DNA of 48,971 nucleotides from an uncultured Pseudomonadales bacterium (lineage in GTDB: Bacteria; Patescibacteriota; Microgenomatia; UBA1400; PJMF01): assembly GCA_964533345.1 (NCBI GenBank), contig CAZHLX010000002.1, positions 1 to 48,971 on the forward strand, in the 5' to 3' direction. Under the pieces are notes generated by a model that did no database searches, was not told where the DNA came from, and was given only the letters and a program-made list of their open reading frames with translations. Below, one piece after another: positions 27,223-35,723 of the stretch; the stretch's first letter is position 1; every line of letters begins with the position of its first letter. Both the position numbers and the translations under genes were made by a program.

Positions 27223-28557
27223 TTATGGTGCACAGCAACATGTATCAGACTTACTACCTCCCGTACAAAGATAATTTCCTCCTGATAAGTTTGTCTCTCC
27301 ATTATTTCTACAGGTTCTAGCATTTTTTCTACATGTTCCTCCAGTGTAACTATTCTGCTGACAGTATTCAGTACATGAAGTCGGGCTAGGTGTCGAAGTA
27401 GGACTTGGTTGGGGCGTACCACTAGGAAGAGGTGAGGAAGATGGCGTGGGACTTGGAACTGGAGCACAACAACAAGTATCAGCCTTTCTCCCCCCTGTAC
27501 AAAACACACTCCCACTGGTTTCACGTGTTTCTCCATTATTGTCGCATTGATTTTTATTTGCTCTACAAATACCGTCACCATATCCCAAAGACTGACAAAT
27601 TTCTGGACATGAGCTAGGTGATGGACTTGGAGAAGGAGATGAGGATGGACTTGGTGTTGGAGTTGGAGATGGTTGGCCCCCAGATTCTTCAATATAAAAC
27701 TCAGCTTTAGCTACAGCTCCATCACCCAAAATAAACTCTAATGAAAATGTTCCACCATCTATCCTGCTATCAAAATCTAAACTATCTAAGTTTACTATTC
27801 CTGCTGTGGGAGAAAGTATATAGTTAGTAAGATCTAGGTTTGATCCTGATCCTTGACTTCCAGACCAGATGCTATTTCCATCTAAAACTACTTGAGTAAT
27901 ATTTTCTCCACCAGCTGTACCCATCCAACTAATTGTTAGTTGATTAATTGTAAGATCAATATTACCCGTATTTTCTATAGTTATGCCCTCAATACTTCTG
28001 TTATTTGCAGAAGCAACCACACCACTTAAATCAATTAATAAGCTGCGACTTTGATTAAATGCAGAGTTAAGCTCAATAGACTCAGCCAAGGAAATACTAG
28101 CATCATAAGCGGCAGCTCCATCTTGAGCCTGATCAATACTTAGCTCAATATTCAATTGTTTACTATCAGTATTACTACTACTAAATTCACTAAAGTTTAA
28201 GTTCGAAACTATGACTTTATCATTAGTCAAATCATACGGACCACCACCTGGAGTAGTAATTTGAAGAGTATTCCCGTTCAATAATAAAGAAGTAGTGCCA
28301 TCAGGATTAGTTAATTGAAGCTCAGTACTACTAATTACATTAAAATTAGCTGCTCTTCTAAGCTCATAATTAATTCTTCCCATAGCCACTCTAGCTGATT
28401 GCTCAACCACTTGTTGTGCATGAGCCTTTTGCCGACCATAAATGATGTCCCAAATAAAATTGGTCATCCCCACCAAAAATATTGACACAATTGCTACATA
28501 AAGAATTAACTCTATTAAAGAAAAGCCGCCAGTAGTTTTTATAAGTATCTTCTTCAT
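27223..28557 (-). CDS. Large pseudopilin (444 aa) with two tandem C-terminal 8-Cys CCCAP modules
   Basis: I reset the start to ATG 28557 (MKKILIKTTGG|FSLIELILYVAIVSIF, Glu+5), which forms an ATGA overlap with the upstream stop. The central beta-rich region is followed by PS linker - module - PST linker - module - stop. Confidence 0.8.
   Translation of the reverse strand: MKKILIKTTGGFSLIELILYVAIVSIFLVGMTNFIWDIIYGRQKAHAQQVVEQSARVAMGRINYELRRAANFNVISSTELQLTNPDGTTSLLLNGNTLQITTPGGGPYDLTNDKVIVSNLNFSEFSSSNTDSKQLNIELSIDQAQDGAAAYDASISLAESIELNSAFNQSRSLLIDLSGVVASANNRSIEGITIENTGNIDLTINQLTISWMGTAGGENITQVVLDGNSIWSGSQGSGSNLDLTNYILSPTAGIVNLDSLDFDSRIDGGTFSLEFILGDGAVAKAEFYIEESGGQPSPTPTPSPSSSPSPSPSPSSCPEICQSLGYGDGICRANKNQCDNNGETRETSGSVFCTGGRKADTCCCAPVPSPTPSSSPLPSGTPQPSPTSTPSPTSCTEYCQQNSYTGGTCRKNARTCRNNGETNLSGGNYLCTGGSKSDTCCCAP
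27226..27375 (-). repeat. Cys-rich module copy B2 (CTEYCQQNSYTGGTCRKNARTCRNNGETNLSGGNYLCTGGSKSDTCCCAP)
   Basis: I translated this by hand from the reverse strand. Its spacing is identical to the other two copies, and it is the exact C-terminus. Confidence 0.85.
27376..27459 (-). repeat. Low-complexity Pro/Ser/Thr linker (VPSPTPSSSPLPSGTPQPSPTSTPSPTS)
   Basis: A 28-aa PST-rich spacer between modules B1 and B2. Confidence 0.8.
27460..27609 (-). repeat. Cys-rich module copy B1 (CPEICQSLGYGDGICRANKNQCDNNGETRETSGSVFCTGGRKADTCCCAP)
   Basis: Translated by hand. The CCCAP codons TGT TGT TGT GCT CCA end at 27460. Confidence 0.85.
27610..27681 (-). repeat. Low-complexity Pro/Ser linker (GGQPSPTPTPSPSSSPSPSPSPSS)
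   Basis: A 24-aa spacer preceding module B1. The DNA is a degenerate GGA/TGG-type repeat on the plus strand. Confidence 0.8.
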
Positions 28558-29222
28558 GGTGCACAACAGCAAGTATCTGCTCCTCCACCTCCAGTACAAT
28601 AAGTGTCACCAACTGATTCGTATGTTTCCCCATTATTATTACATTGATTCGCATTAGCTCTGCATGTACCAGTAGAATAACTTTGGCTTACACAATAATC
28701 ACTACAGGTAGTAACTCCTCCCGTTCCACCCCCACCTGACCCTGCTCCTACTGAAAGCTGCCAATCAGTTAGATATTGATTTAACTCGACCATGTTATTT
28801 CTAGTTGGTGTAAAATCCCAGCTTACATTAACATTAATCAAATAGGTCTGATCATCTACCGTTCCCCCTGTGGAAATCACATCACCATTGCCATCTCTCT
28901 CCACCTGACTAACTGTAATTGTCCGAGTGTATCTACCACTGGGATCTACATCACTACTTCCACTAAAAACCCAATTTCCACCACTATTACTCAATCCATA
29001 GGTGCCTACACTCAGGTTATTCCAATCTTGATTTCTAATCGACTGAACTGCTTCTAGTCCCTCTTCCGCAATTAGAGTTGCTTTCACCTCTTCTTTAGCC
29101 AAACGAGTTGAGGAGAAGGAACCTAAGACAACAATGGTAGTGCTTCCAGCGATAATGACAAATAAAGCTACAGCAATAATAACTTCAATGATGCTCATCC
29201 CTGACTGAGACTTAATTGACAT
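28554..29222 (-). CDS. Pseudopilin (222 aa) with a single C-terminal 8-Cys CCCAP module
   Basis: MSIKSQSG|MSIIEVIIAVALFVIIAG (Glu+5), a globular region, a Gly-rich linker SGGGGTGGVTT, then the module and stop. Confidence 0.8.
   Translation of the reverse strand: MSIKSQSGMSIIEVIIAVALFVIIAGSTTIVVLGSFSSTRLAKEEVKATLIAEEGLEAVQSIRNQDWNNLSVGTYGLSNSGGNWVFSGSSDVDPSGRYTRTITVSQVERDGNGDVISTGGTVDDQTYLINVNVSWDFTPTRNNMVELNQYLTDWQLSVGAGSGGGGTGGVTTCSDYCVSQSYSTGTCRANANQCNNNGETYESVGDTYCTGGGGADTCCCAP
28557..28706 (-). repeat. Cys-rich module copy A (CSDYCVSQSYSTGTCRANANQCNNNGETYESVGDTYCTGGGGADTCCCAP)
   Basis: The first Cys codon is at 28704-28706 and the last Pro codon at 28557-28559, both checked against the DNA. 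Confidence 0.85.
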
Positions 29223-29649
29223 TCACTACTCCCACTTCATTAACTGTCACCGTAGAGCTACTACCATCATTAGCTGTCAGAATATAAGTGGCTACAACAT
29301 CCGGCTCACCAACAACTCTACTAAAAACTACTTCATCATTAGTAATACTGATGCTCCCAGGAATATTAAAGCTTGTATCAAAACTAGGATCACGAGTGAT
29401 ATAGCTATTGCCCTTGAAAAGAGTCATTTGATTACCACTCACACTCACTCCCCACTGGCTATTTTCTTTACCACTCATTGAGTTAAGTTGGGCTGTAATT
29501 AAAATAGAAGCTAATTCATTAGTCTTATTTTCTAAATAATTAGTAACTAAAAATCTCTGCCCAATAGCAGACCCAGAAACTCCAATAATCGAAACTATAG
29601 CGACTACTAAAAGTAACTCAATAAGAGTAAACCCATTTTTTCTCTTCAT
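29212..29649 (-). CDS. Pseudopilin (145 aa) without a Cys module
   Basis: I reset the start to ATG 29649 (MKRKNG|FTLIELLLVVAIVSII, Glu+5). There is an 11-nt overlap with the next pseudopilin. Confidence 0.8.
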   Translation of the reverse strand: MKRKNGFTLIELLLVVAIVSIIGVSGSAIGQRFLVTNYLENKTNELASILITAQLNSMSGKENSQWGVSVSGNQMTLFKGNSYITRDPSFDTSFNIPGSISITNDEVVFSRVVGEPDVVATYILTANDGSSSTVTVNEVGVVNVN

Positions 29650-29762
29650 GGATTTGACAGGGAGATAAAAACTAATCCAACAACGATAGCCCACACAACA
29701 ATAACTCCCAATCCAAGGAAGAATGGCAGAGGGCTAGTTGGGTCATAATTTTTTACACTCAT
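29646..29762 (-). CDS. Unannotated 38-aa hydrophobic micro-ORF between pilC and the first pseudopilin
   Basis: Hand translation gives MSVKNYDPTSPLPFFLGLGVIVVWAIVVGLVFISLSNP*. The ATG is 1 nt after the pilC TAG and is preceded by AGGAGG. Its TGA forms an ATGA overlap with the pseudopilin ATG, so it fills the whole gap. Confidence 0.4.
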   Translation of the reverse strand: MSVKNYDPTSPLPFFLGLGVIVVWAIVVGLVFISLSNP

Positions 29763-29763
29763 C

Positions 29764-30822
29764 CTACCTCCTAATACTACCTGTTAACTCATAGATTGGA
29801 CTGATAATAGCCATAGCAACAAATGCCACCATCAGCCCCACACCTAATAAAAGGAATGGTTCTAAAATTGTAGTCAGATTTTTACTGATATTATCAATTT
29901 CTTCTTCATAGTAGTCGCCTAAATATAATAACGTCTCATCAACTTTTCCTGTTCTCTCGCCAATTGAGATCATTCTTGAAACAAGTTGTGGAAAACAAGT
30001 TTGATTAACTTTCTCAATTGCCTCTCCAATTGGCTGCCCTTTCTGAAGAGATTGCTCAACCTTCTGAATGTCTTGCTGCAGTTTTACATTAGAAACTGTC
30101 TCTGACACTACTGCTAAACTCTGAGCAATTGGAACTCCACTTTGAATAAGAACCCCTAGATTTCTAGAAAATCTAGCAAACTGAGCACTACTAATCATCT
30201 GCCCAATCAGGGGCAATTTAAACTTAGCTCCATCCCACTTTGGTTTAACACTGGGCAAATGAGTAATGAAGTATGAGAGCCCAAATAATCCAATTAATCC
30301 TAAAATTATCCATAATCCATAATCCCTGATACCAATCGCTATGAACAACAAGATCTTAGTTGCAAAAGGAAGATCAATGTCGAAAGCAGTAAAGAGATCA
30401 ATTAACTGCGGCAGAATAAAAAATGAAATTACTCCTCCCATAATTAGAGTCGCAAATAAAATCAAACTTGGATAGAGCATTGCTCCTTGAACTTTTTTCT
30501 TAAGCTGTAGATCTTTAGCTAACTGCTTGGCTAAGAAGGATAGGTTCTCTTCTAGTGTTCCTGATTCTTCTCCAATTGAGACTAGACTAGTGTATAAACC
30601 ATCAAAAACACGAGGGTGGCTCTTCAAGGAATTAGCTAAAGACTTACCATTCTCTACATCAGAAACTACTTTTTTTAATATTTCTTTTAACCCTGAGTCA
30701 TGAGTTTGGTTTTTAGCAATATCTAAAGCCTCAGCCAAAGGAATTCCCGCCTTAATCATCGTTGCAAGATGCTTGGTGAAAATTAGTTTTTCGTTAGCTT
30801 TTACTGGAGAGAGTAATTTCAT
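29764..30822 (-). CDS. pilC: Type IV pilus/T2SS platform protein PilC (GspF family)
   Basis: Two T2SSF repeats (FTKHLATMIKAGIPLAEAL... and FARFSRNLGVLIQSGVPIAQSL...) and 3 TM segments. Confidence 0.9.
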   Translation of the reverse strand: MKLLSPVKANEKLIFTKHLATMIKAGIPLAEALDIAKNQTHDSGLKEILKKVVSDVENGKSLANSLKSHPRVFDGLYTSLVSIGEESGTLEENLSFLAKQLAKDLQLKKKVQGAMLYPSLILFATLIMGGVISFFILPQLIDLFTAFDIDLPFATKILLFIAIGIRDYGLWIILGLIGLFGLSYFITHLPSVKPKWDGAKFKLPLIGQMISSAQFARFSRNLGVLIQSGVPIAQSLAVVSETVSNVKLQQDIQKVEQSLQKGQPIGEAIEKVNQTCFPQLVSRMISIGERTGKVDETLLYLGDYYEEEIDNISKNLTTILEPFLLLGVGLMVAFVAMAIISPIYELTGSIRR

Positions 30823-30849
30823 GGGCAGTAGTGATTTAATTAATTAAAC

Positions 30850-32523
30850 TTATTCCTTAGTAACTCTTAATATTTCTTCTAAAGTAGTTATTCCTTTTTT
30901 AATCTTATCTAGACCATCCTCAAAGATGGTGGTCATACCCTCTTCAACAGCAATTTGATGAATAATACTGGCATCTTTTTGCTCAGTGATTGCTTCTCTG
31001 ATTTTTTCTGAAACTTCTAATACCTCAAACACACCTACTCTTCCCACATAACCACTCCCATGACAGACATCACACCCTTTCCCTTTATAGAAAGAAGATA
31101 CAGCACCTAAGTGTTTGTCCAGAATTTCTGGCTTCACAGCTGAATCTTTCAAATACTCTTCCTTAGTAACTGAAACTCGACAGCTTTGACAAATCTTTCT
31201 AACCAAACGCTGAGCAATTACCACATTCACTGTAGAAGCGAGAAGGTATGGCTCAACATCCATATCAATTAATCTTGGGAAAGCAGTTGCCGCATCATTA
31301 GTATGCAATGTAGACAATACTAAGTGCCCAGTCATAGCTGAATTGATTGCAATTCCAGCTGTCTCTTCATCACGTATTTCACCAACTAAAATAATATCTG
31401 GATCTTGGCGAACAATAGAGCGTAATCCCTTAGCAAAAGTCAGCTCTGTCTTAACATTGACTTGAATTTGGTTGACTCTCTCCAGGTCATACTCCACTGG
31501 ATCCTCAATGGTCATGATGTTGACATCTTTACGATTTAAAATTTTTAAGATTGCATATAAAGAAGTTGTCTTACCAGAACCAGTTGGCCCGGTGGAAAGA
31601 ATCATCCCATGTGGACGCTCATAAGCTGCGGTGACTCTTTTCAAACCATCAGCTTGCATTCCTAGATCTTGTAGAGATAATTGTCGAGAGCGTTCTGACA
31701 AAAGGCGCATTACTATTTTTTCACCTTCTGTAACTGGAACTATAGAAACACGCAAATCTAACTCTTCTTGATCTGTCTGAAACTGAAGTTTTCCATCTTG
31801 TGCAGTTTGGTGTTCATCAATTCTTAAACGGGCCATAACCTTAATCCTCATAACAATTTGAGGATGTAAATCCCTAGGAAGTGAAGTCACATCATGAAGC
31901 ACCCCATCAATTCTGAATCGAACTAATGCTTCATTATCTAAAGGCTCTAAATGAACATCAGAAGCTTTATTTTGATATGCATACCAGATAATGGTATCAA
32001 CTATTTTAATAATTGGTGGTTCTGCCTTTTCAGTTTTTTTAGCTTTTTCTACATTCTCACTAATAATTTCTTCAAAGGCTGATGATACATCCTGAACGTA
32101 TAAGCTTAAGACATCCATAATATCTGACTTGAGAGCCAAATATGCTTTTACTGGCAGACCAGTCTTCTTTTCTACGAATTCACGTATCTGTGAATCATGA
32201 GGGTTCGCCATTGCCAGGTGCAATCCAGACTCATCCTTCTTGAAAGCAATTACGAGCTGCTTTCGAGCAACTATCTCTGGAACAACTTTTAACACCTCTT
32301 CATGGATATGAGTTTTACCTAGTACTATGTGGGGAACATCAATTAGATCAGCAACTAATCTAACCAAATCTTTTTGATCAATTAAGTTTTTTTCTAAAAG
32401 AATATCTCCTAGAGATTTCTTTTGAAGATCAGCCTCTTCAAAGGCAGCCTTAAGCTTATCAACGGGAATAACCTTTAACTCTGCTAAAGACTTAAGTAGT
32501 TGTTTGTTGTCATACAAAGACAT
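30850..32523 (-). CDS. pilB: Type IV pilus assembly ATPase PilB (GspE family)
   Basis: An N-terminal T2SE_N domain, Walker A GPTGSGKTT, Asp/His boxes (VGEIRDEETA, TGHLVLSTLHTN), and the tetracysteine CQSC...CDVCHGSG. Confidence 0.9.
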   Translation of the reverse strand: MSLYDNKQLLKSLAELKVIPVDKLKAAFEEADLQKKSLGDILLEKNLIDQKDLVRLVADLIDVPHIVLGKTHIHEEVLKVVPEIVARKQLVIAFKKDESGLHLAMANPHDSQIREFVEKKTGLPVKAYLALKSDIMDVLSLYVQDVSSAFEEIISENVEKAKKTEKAEPPIIKIVDTIIWYAYQNKASDVHLEPLDNEALVRFRIDGVLHDVTSLPRDLHPQIVMRIKVMARLRIDEHQTAQDGKLQFQTDQEELDLRVSIVPVTEGEKIVMRLLSERSRQLSLQDLGMQADGLKRVTAAYERPHGMILSTGPTGSGKTTSLYAILKILNRKDVNIMTIEDPVEYDLERVNQIQVNVKTELTFAKGLRSIVRQDPDIILVGEIRDEETAGIAINSAMTGHLVLSTLHTNDAATAFPRLIDMDVEPYLLASTVNVVIAQRLVRKICQSCRVSVTKEEYLKDSAVKPEILDKHLGAVSSFYKGKGCDVCHGSGYVGRVGVFEVLEVSEKIREAITEQKDASIIHQIAVEEGMTTIFEDGLDKIKKGITTLEEILRVTKE

Positions 32524-32540
32524 ATTTTCATCCTAAAGAT

Positions 32541-32906
32541 CTATTCAGATTTATAAGTTTCAACCTTCTTTACCAGATCTTCTAGCTCCATATCTGCTTT
32601 GACCACATAATCATCAGCTCCCAATTCTTTTGCTTTATCAATATCCTCTTTTTGACCTAAGTTTGAGGCTACGATAACTGGAATACTTTTATATGATTCA
32701 TTTGTTTTTATCTCTTCCAGAGTGGTAAAACCATCTTTATTCGGCATGATCAAATCAAGCAAGATTACTTCTGGAGTAAACTCTTCTAAAATTTTTAAGG
32801 CCTCAACTCCATCACCAGCAATTTGAACATCAAAGCCAACTTTTGTCAGCTTTACTCGATAAGCATTGGCCAAAAACTTGTCATCTTCAGCAATTAAAAT
32901 TTTCAT
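32541..32906 (-). CDS. Single-domain (CheY-like) response regulator
   Basis: I reset the start to ATG 32906 (MKILIAEDD...ILLDLIMPNKDG...VIVASN...DYVVKA). It is a receiver domain only, with no output domain. Confidence 0.85.
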   Translation of the reverse strand: MKILIAEDDKFLANAYRVKLTKVGFDVQIAGDGVEALKILEEFTPEVILLDLIMPNKDGFTTLEEIKTNESYKSIPVIVASNLGQKEDIDKAKELGADDYVVKADMELEDLVKKVETYKSE

Positions 32907-32907
32907 T

Positions 32908-33315
32908 TTACTTCTCCTTTTTATCACTGGTAATAAACTCATCAAATGTCTTGACAATCTCATCTAAACGATGTTCTGCCTTCAAGAGGTACTTCTTTGC
33001 TCCTAGAGCTAACATGCTATGGATTTTGTCATCACTGGCAGAGTTACTTACTACCACCACCGGAATATTGCTCCACTTATCATTAGATTTAAACTGATTC
33101 ATCAAATCTAAACCATTTAAATCCTCCCCTAAGTAATAATCCAACCAAATAGCATCAGGTAGTTCTGGTAAATTTTTCAAGTAATCTATAGCCTGATCAC
33201 CTGTAGTAGCAGTGATGGCTTCATAGCCACTTGCCTCTAGCTTCTTGGCAATGGCCTGAAGCAATAGAGCCTCGTCTTCAATTACTAAAATTGTTCTTTT
33301 ATAAGTAGCTACCAT
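32908..33315 (-). CDS. Single-domain (CheY-like) response regulator
   Basis: ILVIEDEALL...AIWLDYYLGEDLNG...VVVVSN...KKYLLKA. It is a receiver domain only. Confidence 0.85.
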   Translation of the reverse strand: MVATYKRTILVIEDEALLLQAIAKKLEASGYEAITATTGDQAIDYLKNLPELPDAIWLDYYLGEDLNGLDLMNQFKSNDKWSNIPVVVVSNSASDDKIHSMLALGAKKYLLKAEHRLDEIVKTFDEFITSDKKEK

Positions 33316-35723
33316 TAGGAGTCACCTTTCTGTGGTTTATCTTCTTTTGTATCACTTTGAGGCTCTTTTTTCACCTCTGCTTTTTTTTCCTGAGACTTAA
33401 GATGACCCTCACCCAAACGAACCTCACCTTCCTTAGCTTTCATTCCACTCAAAGGTAGAGAAAACCAAAAAGTAGTACCATCACCTTCTTTACTCTCAAA
33501 CCAAATTTTGCCATGTGAAGACTCAACAATTGCCTTAGTTAGATAGAGACCCAATCCTGTACCATCAGTCTCAGTCTTGGTAACATTTGAAGCCCGATGG
33601 AATTTTTCAAACATTTTTTCTTGATCTTTTACAGGGATGCCTAATCCATTATCACTTATCTGTGAAATAACATTTTCTTTATCTTTAGAAATAAGAACTG
33701 TAATCTCTCCCTTTTTGGGAGTGTATTTAATGGCATTGGTAAGAAGATTGCGATACACTTCTATAGTTAAATTTGGATCTACACTAATCTTGCCCATTCT
33801 CTCATTTTTGCTGCAGATTACACTTAACTCTTTTTCCTTAATTTTTGGCTCTAACTCAATTAACAACTCGTTAACTAACTCATTCAGATCCGTTGGTTTT
33901 GGCTCAACAATGATCCGACCAGACTCTATTCTGGAGATATTCAGTAATCCATTTACTAAGGCGATCATCCTTTGATTTGATTGATCAACATTTTCAACCA
34001 TCTCTTTTTGTTCTTTAGAAAGCTCTCCTGCATCTCCTGCTAGGAGCATCTCTAAGAACCATTTCATAGCAGACAAAGGCGTGCGAAGTTGATGTGACGC
34101 AAGTGAAATAAACTCTGTTTTCATTCGATCTATTTCTTTTTCACGAGTCACATCACGTTCTATCCCCACAAAGAAAACAACTTCATCTTTGTCATTTAGG
34201 ACAGGAGAAATATTTGCGATTGCAATATATTCTTGACCATTTTTTCTCTTATTTTTTATTTCACCTACAAAATTTTCACCACTTTTTATTGTGTTCCAAA
34301 GTTTTTTATATGTATCAAGATCAGCTAGCCCTCCCCACAATTCCTTTGATCCAGCCTTTTTCCCAATTACTTCTTGATTGCTAAAGCCAGTAATTCTCTC
34401 AACGGCTGAGTTGGCATATAGAACTATTCCTTCTGCATCTGTGATTACAATATGATCTGAGGCATGCTCAACAGCTAATTGGAACTTTTCTAACTCTTTA
34501 GACTGCTTTTCAGCAAATTGCTTTTCGTCTGCCACATCTTCAAGAACATTTAAGATGGCCTTGCGCTGATTACTAACATCCTTTGATGTCTGTTGAATTT
34601 TTTCTGTCTGCTCATATACTTTCTGGTCAATTTCCGCTCTGGACTGTTTAATAGCTAGTGTCATCTCATCAAAGGCACGAGAAAGCATTCCTACTTCGTC
34701 TTTGGATTTAGTGCCAACTTTATGATCAAGATCACCTCTTTTTATTTTCTCTACTCCAATCTGTAATTTGTGAATAGGTCGTGTAATTTTTCTAGAAAAT
34801 CTCAGGATTAAAAATACAAAAAACACATAAGCAATAACAATCATTACTATTCTTAGTCTTAACAAACTATCAAGTGAAGCAAAAGCTTCTTTATGATCAA
34901 TTTTCGCCACTAGGCCTAAGTCAAAGTCATCCAAGTATTTACTCACAGCAATCACCTCTTCACCTCTATAATCTAAATGGCCGTTAATTCTTTTCTGTTC
35001 ACCATGCAAGGCATCTTTCATTGGCTTTGCTACTTGAGAATCATGGTCATCAATTTCTGAAGATTTTGCTGAAAACTTTCTTTCACTAATATATGTAATG
35101 TGGTGATTGTCATCTTCAAAAGCGAGCAGCACTTCACCTGTCTCACCAATTCCTGTGTCTTCACTTAGAATTAATGAAAGTGACTCTATATTAACAACAG
35201 AAATTGCTACCCCAATTAACTCATCATTTAAGATCAAAGGACCTGAAACATAAATCTTTAACTGCCCACGATCTTCTACAAAAAAAACATCCTCTTTCTC
35301 TTTCCCTCTTAGATAAAAATCTTTTCCTTCACATTCTGTTCCTAAATAGCTCTGGTCAGTGGAGATTATTACTTTACCCTCTAAGTTGATAATACAAATT
35401 CTTTCTAAACTGGGTATTGGAGCAGCAGCATCCTCAATAATGCTTAAAACTGTTTCTAAATGCTCTTCTTTTGGATTATCGTTATACTCAGCAAGAGTTT
35501 GGCGAAGTTTTGTTCTACTAGTAATTAGTTTCAATCTTTCAATCTGTTGCTCAAAATATGTCTCAACATGGTTTTTTCTGGATTCAGCAGTTGTTTCCAA
35601 GTGCTTAAATACCTGATTATGAAACTCAATGGAAGTGTATTTAGCAATTGAAAGGCTAATGAAACCAATAATCAAAAATGATGGTAGTAAAACAGCTAAT
35701 AATAGCTTTGATTTAATTTTCAT
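33315..35723 (-). CDS. Sensor histidine kinase: TM - Cache-like extracytoplasmic domain - TM - HAMP - PAS - HisKA - HATPase_c
   Basis: Two TM helices flank a loop of about 260 aa. HAMP (RPIHKLQIGVEKIKRGDLDHKV...DEVGMLSRAFDEM), PAS (HIVITDAEGIVLYANSAVERITGF), H-box FISLASHQLRTPL, N/G boxes NLLTNAIKYT, DNGLGIP and GTGLGLYL. Confidence 0.9.
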   Translation of the reverse strand: MKIKSKLLLAVLLPSFLIIGFISLSIAKYTSIEFHNQVFKHLETTAESRKNHVETYFEQQIERLKLITSRTKLRQTLAEYNDNPKEEHLETVLSIIEDAAAPIPSLERICIINLEGKVIISTDQSYLGTECEGKDFYLRGKEKEDVFFVEDRGQLKIYVSGPLILNDELIGVAISVVNIESLSLILSEDTGIGETGEVLLAFEDDNHHITYISERKFSAKSSEIDDHDSQVAKPMKDALHGEQKRINGHLDYRGEEVIAVSKYLDDFDLGLVAKIDHKEAFASLDSLLRLRIVMIVIAYVFFVFLILRFSRKITRPIHKLQIGVEKIKRGDLDHKVGTKSKDEVGMLSRAFDEMTLAIKQSRAEIDQKVYEQTEKIQQTSKDVSNQRKAILNVLEDVADEKQFAEKQSKELEKFQLAVEHASDHIVITDAEGIVLYANSAVERITGFSNQEVIGKKAGSKELWGGLADLDTYKKLWNTIKSGENFVGEIKNKRKNGQEYIAIANISPVLNDKDEVVFFVGIERDVTREKEIDRMKTEFISLASHQLRTPLSAMKWFLEMLLAGDAGELSKEQKEMVENVDQSNQRMIALVNGLLNISRIESGRIIVEPKPTDLNELVNELLIELEPKIKEKELSVICSKNERMGKISVDPNLTIEVYRNLLTNAIKYTPKKGEITVLISKDKENVISQISDNGLGIPVKDQEKMFEKFHRASNVTKTETDGTGLGLYLTKAIVESSHGKIWFESKEGDGTTFWFSLPLSGMKAKEGEVRLGEGHLKSQEKKAEVKKEPQSDTKEDKPQKGDS

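Noticed and set aside
27216-27692. A 158-aa ORF (MKNLGANHLQLQHQVHPHLLL...) on the minus strand inside the large pseudopilin gene
   Set aside because: It is an alternative frame of the low-complexity PS/PST linker and Cys-module region. Its His/Leu/Gln/Val-rich product is a frame-shadow of repetitive codons. It also overlaps a well-supported pilin frame along its whole length.
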